DNA from: Candidatus Marinacidobacterium sp. | Lineage (GTDB): Bacteria; Acidobacteriota; Vicinamibacteria; Marinacidobacterales; Marinacidobacteraceae | Direction: 5' to 3' | Assembly: GCA_965204755.1 (NCBI GenBank) | Contig: OZ242011.1 | Coordinates: forward strand, 1,856,001 to 1,920,000 | Length of the DNA: 64,000 bases | Shown: positions 58,296 through 64,000 of the stretch, piece after piece | Position numbering within the stretch: position 1 is the first letter of the stretch | Layout of the letters: every line of letters starts with the position of its first letter | Notes under the pieces: generated by a model | What the model was told of the DNA's origin: nothing | What the model saw: the letters and a program-made list of their open reading frames with translations, nothing else | Database searches by the model: none | Made by a program: the position numbers and the translations under genes

Positions 58296-59411
58296 TCAGC
58301 CCAAGGTCGTCGCGAACTCGCCGGGAAGGGTGACCTCCAAGATCTCCAGGTCGTCGGACGGCGCTTCGATCCCCGTGTGAAGGCTCGGCGGGAGGACGAA
58401 GGCATCCCCCGCCGCGAGCGGCTCGGGCGGGCGCCCCTCGACGCGCAGGGTGAGCGCGCCGCTCCGCAGGAAGGCGAAGTGGATGTCGGCATCGTGCCGC
58501 GATCGGGGGATGTCGCCCCCGCCGTGGGCGCGCCGCGCAACCCGCACTCCGGCGAGCCCATTCGTGGCAGCGGCGATCCCGGTGTCCCGCGCCCGGAATC
58601 CCGGCAGCCGCCAGTCGCCCCACTCCGCCTCGGCCTCGCGGGCGCGGCGGAACCGCGTGCCGGCGAACTCCCGGTCGGGACGCCGGTGCGCCGTCGGCAA
58701 CTCCATCTCGTGATCCATGCTGGTCAGGTGGTCGGCGGGAACGCCGATCTCGACCACCTCGAACCCGGGTGACGCTTCGAGCACCCGGTGCCGGATCTCC
58801 GGCGGCTGGATGAGGCAGTCCCCGGCCCCCAGCACGAACGGCGGCCCCTGGTCCTCGTACACCAGCCGCACCCACCCCCGGTGGCAGAAGATGAGTTGGA
58901 AGCGGACGGTGTGGAAGTGCACCTGGTCGGGCACCGGCCCCCCGTCCGGGATGCGGATGTGCGACGCGATGACCTCACCGCCGAGCCGCCCCGGAATCAA
59001 GTCCCGGTACTCCATCCCCGCCCGCCCGACGCCCCACCCGCTCTCTTCCTTCGGAAGGCGGGTGACCACGAACCGATGCTCGGTCGCCGGCGCCGGGAGC
59101 GGCGGCTCGGCGGCGACGACCACGATCCGGTGCCCTCCGGGAGTCGTGATCTCGCTCCGCCCTCCCGCGACGGCTTCCGGACGCTCCGCGTAGAGCCGCA
59201 CTTCCGCGGGCGCCGCCTCCCCGGCCCGCTCCAGCGCCAGCGCCGTCCCGTGCCCGGACACCTCCGCCACCGCCGGCGCATCCGCCGGCCATATCCGATC
59301 CAACCGAAACCCGAACTCCTCCACCAGGCACCGCAGATCCCCGTCCAAGTCCGCCGTCCGCACCCGAACGACCGCCCGCCGAATCGAAACTCGGGGCGCG
59401 TCCTCAGCCAT
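58296..59411 (-). CDS. VOC-like + double cupin protein
   Basis: GRAGMEYRDLIP, HFHTVRFQ, LIQPPEIRHRV, second cupin HDAD..F..LPP. Confidence 0.8.
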   Translation of the reverse strand: MAEDAPRVSIRRAVVRVRTADLDGDLRCLVEEFGFRLDRIWPADAPAVAEVSGHGTALALERAGEAAPAEVRLYAERPEAVAGGRSEITTPGGHRIVVVAAEPPLPAPATEHRFVVTRLPKEESGWGVGRAGMEYRDLIPGRLGGEVIASHIRIPDGGPVPDQVHFHTVRFQLIFCHRGWVRLVYEDQGPPFVLGAGDCLIQPPEIRHRVLEASPGFEVVEIGVPADHLTSMDHEMELPTAHRRPDREFAGTRFRRAREAEAEWGDWRLPGFRARDTGIAAATNGLAGVRVARRAHGGGDIPRSRHDADIHFAFLRSGALTLRVEGRPPEPLAAGDAFVLPPSLHTGIEAPSDDLEILEVTLPGEFATTLG

Positions 59412-59667
59412 TCACCGCCGCCCTCGCCGGTCGGAGCGAGGTCGGGACTTGCGAACCGACCCCGAACGCCACGGTCCGGCGCCGGGCCCCGGCTCGCCGA
59501 CCGCGCGGCCGGCGCATTCATGAACTCCCCGCTCCGGGAACGGTTTCATGGGCGCTTTCGTACCGTGGACGCACACATACCAACGGATCTTGGCTCCGCA
59601 GTCCCTGCATTTGCCCCACCCCGCGAGCCGCCCGTCGCACGACGGGCCGTGGGAAGGCGTTCCCACT

Positions 59668-61995
59668 TCAGCCGCCGCCCCCCTGCATCGCGCGCCAGAC
59701 CTTCTCCGGGGTCAGCGGCGTGTCCAAGTGCTCCACCCCGAAAGGCCGCAGCGCGTCCAGCACCGCGTTCGCCACCGCCGGGGTGGAGCCGATGGTCGCC
59801 GCCTCCCCGATCCCCTTCACCCCCAGCGGGTTCAGCGGGGAAGGGGTGACCGTCCGGCGCAACTCGTATTCCGGCAGCATGTCCGCCCGCGGCGCGGCGT
59901 ATTCCAACAGCGACCCCGTGACCAGGTTCCCCTCCGCGTCGTACGCCGCCTCCTCGTAGAGCGCCTGCGAGATCCCCTGCGCCAAACCCCCATGCACCTG
60001 GCCTTCCGCCAGCAGCGGGTTGATGACGCGGCCGCAGTCGTCCACCGAGAGATACCGGAGGATCGAAACCTGCCCGGTCGCCGGTTCGACTTCCACCGCG
60101 GCGAGGTGCGTCCCGAACGGGAAGGTCTCCCCCGGCGGACGGAAATCCGTGTCCGCCCGCAGCGCCTCCGCCGCGCCCTCCGGCGCGTCCGGCCCGTAGG
60201 CGAACGCCGCGACCTCTCCCCATCCGACCCCCCTCGCCGGCGAGCCCGCCACGAAGAACCGCCCGTCCTCGAACCGCAGGTCCTCCGCCGCGCACTCCAG
60301 CAACTGCGCCGCCAGTGACAGCGCCTGCCGCCGCACCGTCTCCGCGTTCGAGAACACCGCCGACCCCCCCACCGGCGCGCTCCGGCTCCCGAAAGTCCCG
60401 ATCCCCCGCGGGCACTCGTCGGTGTCCCCGTGGAGCACCCGCACCGACTCGTACGGCACTCCCAGCCGGTCGGCGGCGACCTGCGCCCACGCCGTCTCGT
60501 GCCCCTGCCCGTGCGGGGAAGTCCCGCTGCGGACGGTCACCGACGCGTCTTCCTCCACGGTGACCCCGCCGGCCTCCCACGGGCCGAACCCGCAGATCTC
60601 CACATAGCAGGCGAGCCCCACGCCCAGCGGGCGGCCCCCGTCCGCCCGGCGCCGCGCCTGCTCCGACCGCAGCGCCGCGTAATCCCCGGCCTCGAGCGCC
60701 AGGTCGAGCGCCTTCTCGTACTCCCCGCTGTCGTAGGTGAGCCCCGTCGGCGTGCGGTACGGGAACCGGTCCGCCGGAACCAGGTTGCGCCGGCGGATCT
60801 CCGCCGGATCGATCCCCAGCCGCCCGGCGAGCACATCCATCGCCCGCTCGATCAGGTAGGTCGCCTCCGGCCGCCCGGAACCCCGGTAGGGCTCGTTCGG
60901 CGCCGTGTTGGTGAACGCCCCCTCCGCCCGCGCCCCCGCCGCCGGGAAGGCGTACGGCCCCACGATCATCGAGCCGGTGAGCGACGGCGTCGTCGGCCCC
61001 GGCCGGCTGTAGTAGGCGCCGCAGTCGTAGAGCGCGTCCAGGTCGGCGCGCGACACCCGCCCGTCCTCCCCGGCGTCCAGCGTCAGCCGCGCGAACAGGT
61101 TGCGCCCGTGGGTCGTCGTGAGGAAGTCCTCGCTGCGCGTGGCGACCCAGCGCACCGGCCGGCCCAGCCGCCGCGCCAGCCAGCAGACCAGCACCTCCTC
61201 CGGGTAGAGGTTCGCCTTCGCCCCGAACCCGCCGCCGACTTCCGGAGCGATCGCCCGCACCTGCTCCGGCGCGACGCCGAGGATCTTCGCCACGCTGTCC
61301 CGCACCCGGTGCGGCGACTGGGTGGAGGTCCAGATCGTGAACCGCCCCTCGTCGTACCGCGCCGCCGCCGCGCGCGGCTCCATCGCGCAGGGGATCAGCC
61401 GCTGGATGCGGAAGTCGAGCGCCACCCGCGCCGCCGCCTCGGCGCCGCCGCCGTCCGCGCCGGCCCCCTCGTCGTCGTCCAGCGACCAGACGAACGCCCG
61501 GTTCCCCTCGGCCTCCTCGTAGAGCGGCTCCGCCCCCGGCGCCCGCGCCGTCCGCGAGTCCCCGGCCCCGGGCAGGTCCCGGTAGTCCACCACCACCGCC
61601 TCGGCGGCGTCGGCGGCCTGTTCCGGCGTCTCCGCGACCACCGCCGCCACCGGGTCGCCCACGCAGCGCGCCCGGTCCTCCGCCAGCGGCCAGCGGTCGG
61701 GGATCTTCAGGTCGCGGAACGCCCCGGCGTCCGGCGACTTCGCCACCGGGAACGGGCGCTCCAGGTCGGAGAGCACCTCCCGCCCCCAGAAGACGCCGCG
61801 CACCCCGGGGGCCTTCCGGGCCTCGGAGGCGTCCACCCGCAGGATCTCGGCGTGGGCGTACGGGCTCCGCGCCAGCGCCAGGAACAGCGCGTTCGGGAGC
61901 GCGATGTCCGCGGTGTAGGCGGCCTTCCCGGTGACCAGCGCCGGGTCTTCGCGCCGGCGAACCCGCTCACCGATGCTCCGGGTGTTGACCGCCAC
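59668..61995 (-). CDS. xanthine dehydrogenase-family molybdopterin-binding large subunit (CoxL-like, not form I)
   Basis: RREDP.LVTG, VGGGFGAK, PYRGSGRPE, GQGHET, GTFGSRS, GQVHGG, KGIGE. Confidence 0.92.
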   Translation of the reverse strand: MAVNTRSIGERVRRREDPALVTGKAAYTADIALPNALFLALARSPYAHAEILRVDASEARKAPGVRGVFWGREVLSDLERPFPVAKSPDAGAFRDLKIPDRWPLAEDRARCVGDPVAAVVAETPEQAADAAEAVVVDYRDLPGAGDSRTARAPGAEPLYEEAEGNRAFVWSLDDDEGAGADGGGAEAAARVALDFRIQRLIPCAMEPRAAAARYDEGRFTIWTSTQSPHRVRDSVAKILGVAPEQVRAIAPEVGGGFGAKANLYPEEVLVCWLARRLGRPVRWVATRSEDFLTTTHGRNLFARLTLDAGEDGRVSRADLDALYDCGAYYSRPGPTTPSLTGSMIVGPYAFPAAGARAEGAFTNTAPNEPYRGSGRPEATYLIERAMDVLAGRLGIDPAEIRRRNLVPADRFPYRTPTGLTYDSGEYEKALDLALEAGDYAALRSEQARRRADGGRPLGVGLACYVEICGFGPWEAGGVTVEEDASVTVRSGTSPHGQGHETAWAQVAADRLGVPYESVRVLHGDTDECPRGIGTFGSRSAPVGGSAVFSNAETVRRQALSLAAQLLECAAEDLRFEDGRFFVAGSPARGVGWGEVAAFAYGPDAPEGAAEALRADTDFRPPGETFPFGTHLAAVEVEPATGQVSILRYLSVDDCGRVINPLLAEGQVHGGLAQGISQALYEEAAYDAEGNLVTGSLLEYAAPRADMLPEYELRRTVTPSPLNPLGVKGIGEAATIGSTPAVANAVLDALRPFGVEHLDTPLTPEKVWRAMQGGGG

Positions 61996-62128
61996 GAGTG
62001 TTCGTTCTTGCTCGGGGGTCTTCGGTCGTTTCGCGCTTCGTCGTAAGGGGCGGGCGATTCTACCGATGCCCGCCGGCGCCGCGCCCCTCCGTTCGTGATA
62101 CAACGAAGGCTCGCTCCCGGAGGCGTCC

Positions 62129-63295
62129 ATGTCCAAGAACCTGCCCGAGAAGGGTCCCCGCCCGGCGTCGAGGCGCCGCTTCCTCGCCGGCGCCGGCGCC
62201 GGTCTCGCCGGCGCGGCCGCCGCGCCGCTGGCCGGCGCCGCCCCGGCGGTCCACACCCAGTCCCGATCCCGCATCCGCTGGCGGCTGCAGACCTACGCCG
62301 GCGCCTCGCTCGCCGAGGAAGTCATCGTCCCGGCCGTCCGCTCGTTCAACCGGATCGCCAACGGCGAGATGGAGATCTCCCTCCACACCGCCGACGAACT
62401 CGTCCCCCAGTCGGACCTGTTCAGCGCCGTCAAGTCCGGGCTCGTGGACGCCGCGCAGTCCGACGACGACTCGATGGGCTCGCCCGCCGATGTCTCCGTC
62501 TTCGGGGGCTACTTCCCCTTCGCCACCCGCTACAGCCTCGACCTGCCGGCGCTGTTCCACGACTACGGCCTCGCCGAGATCTGGCGCGAGGCCTACGCGG
62601 AGCAGGGCGTGGTCTGGATCAGCGCCGGCGCGTGGGACCCCTGCCACTTCCTCACCGTGGAGCCGATCCACCGGGTCGCCGACCTCCGCGGCAAGCGCAT
62701 CTTCACCTTCCCCACCGCCGGCCGCTTCCTCTCCCGGTTCGGCGTGCTCCCGGTAACGCTGCCCTGGGAGCAGGTCGCCGGCGCCATCTCCGGCGGCGAC
62801 CTCGACGGGATGGCCTGGTGCGGCATCACCGAGGCCTACACCGTCGGCTGGGCGGAAGTCACGAACTACTTCCTCACGAACAACATCTCCGGCGCCTGGT
62901 GCGGGTCGTTCTTCGCGAACGCCGCCTCCTGGCAGTCGCTGCCGTCGCACCTCCGCCAGTTGTTCCGCTCCGTCACCGACGCGTCCCACTACCGCCGGCA
63001 GCACTGGTATTGGGCCGGCGAGGCGCGGCTGCGCACCGAGGGGACCGAACTCGAACTCACCACGATTCCCGACGCGGAATGGCGCGAAGTCGAAGACGAA
63101 GCGCACCGCTTCTGGGACGAGATCGCCTGCACCACCTGGCGCCGGTTGCAGGTGGTGTATCTGCTCAAGCAGTACGAGCAGACGATGGCCCGCGCCGGCC
63201 GCCCGTACCGCTACGGGGACGCCGCCGCTTCCGGCGATTCCTCCGTCACCGATCCCTTCGCCGCCTGCCGCGCCCCCGCCGGGGGAGTCGGCTGA
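62129..63295 (+). CDS. TRAP transporter substrate-binding protein (DctP/TakP-like), Tat-exported
   Basis: SRRRFL; WRLQTY; DLRGKRI; GGAGG RBS. Confidence 0.85.
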   Translation: MSKNLPEKGPRPASRRRFLAGAGAGLAGAAAAPLAGAAPAVHTQSRSRIRWRLQTYAGASLAEEVIVPAVRSFNRIANGEMEISLHTADELVPQSDLFSAVKSGLVDAAQSDDDSMGSPADVSVFGGYFPFATRYSLDLPALFHDYGLAEIWREAYAEQGVVWISAGAWDPCHFLTVEPIHRVADLRGKRIFTFPTAGRFLSRFGVLPVTLPWEQVAGAISGGDLDGMAWCGITEAYTVGWAEVTNYFLTNNISGAWCGSFFANAASWQSLPSHLRQLFRSVTDASHYRRQHWYWAGEARLRTEGTELELTTIPDAEWREVEDEAHRFWDEIACTTWRRLQVVYLLKQYEQTMARAGRPYRYGDAAASGDSSVTDPFAACRAPAGGVG

Positions 63296-63322
63296 GCGCC
63301 CGTCACGCAAGCGAGACCCGCC

Positions 63323-64000
63323 ATGACCCGACCCTCTCCCTCCCGCCCCTCCCGCCGCCGGTTCCTGCAGGGCGCCGCCGGCGCGGTCGCCGCGACCGCC
63401 GCCGCGCCGCTCGCCCGCCCGGGTTCCGCCGAGGCCGCCCCCGACGCCGCCGAACGGAAGCGGCTGGTGGCGCAAGCCCACTTCGGGCGCAAGCCGCCGG
63501 CGTCCGGCCCCGGCGGCATGGCGATCACCTCGCACCCCCTCGCCACCCGCGAAGCGGTGGAAGTGCTGCAGCGCGGCGGGAACGCCTGCGACGCGGCGCT
63601 CGCCGCCTCGATCACCCAGACCGTGGTCGAACCCCACATGACCACGATCACCGGCTGCCTCTCGCAGTTGTACTTCGACGCCGCCAGCGGCGAGACCACC
63701 TATGTGAACGGCAATGTGGACACGCCGCTCGCGCCGCTGCCCGGTTTCGGCGTCCACGACCTCGCCGGCGGCCGCGGCGTCGCCGTCCCCGGCTGGTGGG
63801 GCGGGTTCGAAGCGGCGCACGACCGCCACGGCTCGCTCCCGCGCCAGGACCTGATGAAGACCGCCGTCGCCTACGCGCGGGAGGGTTTCGAGATGCACCC
63901 CTTCCTCTGGGGCGAAATCTTCGTCCAGGCGGAGAAGGTCGGCCGCACTGCGGAAGGCCGCGAGATCTTCTTCGAAGACGGCGCCATACCCCGGCCCGAC
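63323..64000 (+). CDS. gamma-glutamyltransferase family protein, Tat signal (runs off the window end)
   Basis: translated from sequence: SRRRFLQ..GMAITSHPLAT..LQRGGNACDAA..VVEPHM..VAVPG. Confidence 0.85.
   Translation, partial: MTRPSPSRPSRRRFLQGAAGAVAATAAAPLARPGSAEAAPDAAERKRLVAQAHFGRKPPASGPGGMAITSHPLATREAVEVLQRGGNACDAALAASITQTVVEPHMTTITGCLSQLYFDAASGETTYVNGNVDTPLAPLPGFGVHDLAGGRGVAVPGWWGGFEAAHDRHGSLPRQDLMKTAVAYAREGFEMHPFLWGEIFVQAEKVGRTAEGREIFFEDGAIPRPD

Noticed and set aside
3055-63898. Many long overlapping or antisense ORFs in the ORF track (e.g. 3055..5523, 34562..37270, 5' part of 50138..53131, 62060..63898)
   Set aside because: Shadow ORFs of GC-rich coding sequence: Arg/Gly/Pro-rich, without motifs, overlapping well-supported genes.
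1-64000. tRNA, rRNA, integron attC array, reverse-transcriptase/retron or DGR
   Set aside because: No recognisable sequence, integrase or RT found by eye; a covariance-model search was not possible.

Overview
High-GC bacterial chromosomal window; the ankyrin, FG-GAP, TonB, AAA-DUF4143 and Fic content resembles host-associated (e.g. sponge-symbiont) Acidobacteriota, which is inference only. Positions ~1-28.8 kb are an accessory/defence island. It holds a DriD/PafC-like HTH-WYL regulator with a DEDDh exonuclease, a Vsr/C5-methylase/NotI-like R-M system, ankyrin and small membrane proteins, a Tat-signal beta-clamp-like protein with an extra DnaB, IS remnants, modular PD-(D/E)XK (PDDEXK_4-like) nucleases, partial copies of a TonB-receptor gene and a poly-G-frameshifted lipoprotein metalloprotease. 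Positions ~28.8-64 kb are mostly metabolic and transport genes with single defence-like genes inserted between them. Two candidate undescribed systems stand out. (1) A WYL regulon: a CGAC-N7-G(T/G/A)CG box followed exactly 11 nt later by a -10 hexamer recurs five times, in front of the WYL gene, membrane proteins, an ankyrin gene run and the clamp/DnaB pair. (2) Three PDDEXK_4-like nucleases each carry a strong internal GGAGG + ATG at the same domain boundary, suggesting a separately translated C-terminal module (intragenic antitoxin-like), and these modules are shuffled between paralogs. All calls are by-eye motif recognition; no searches were run.
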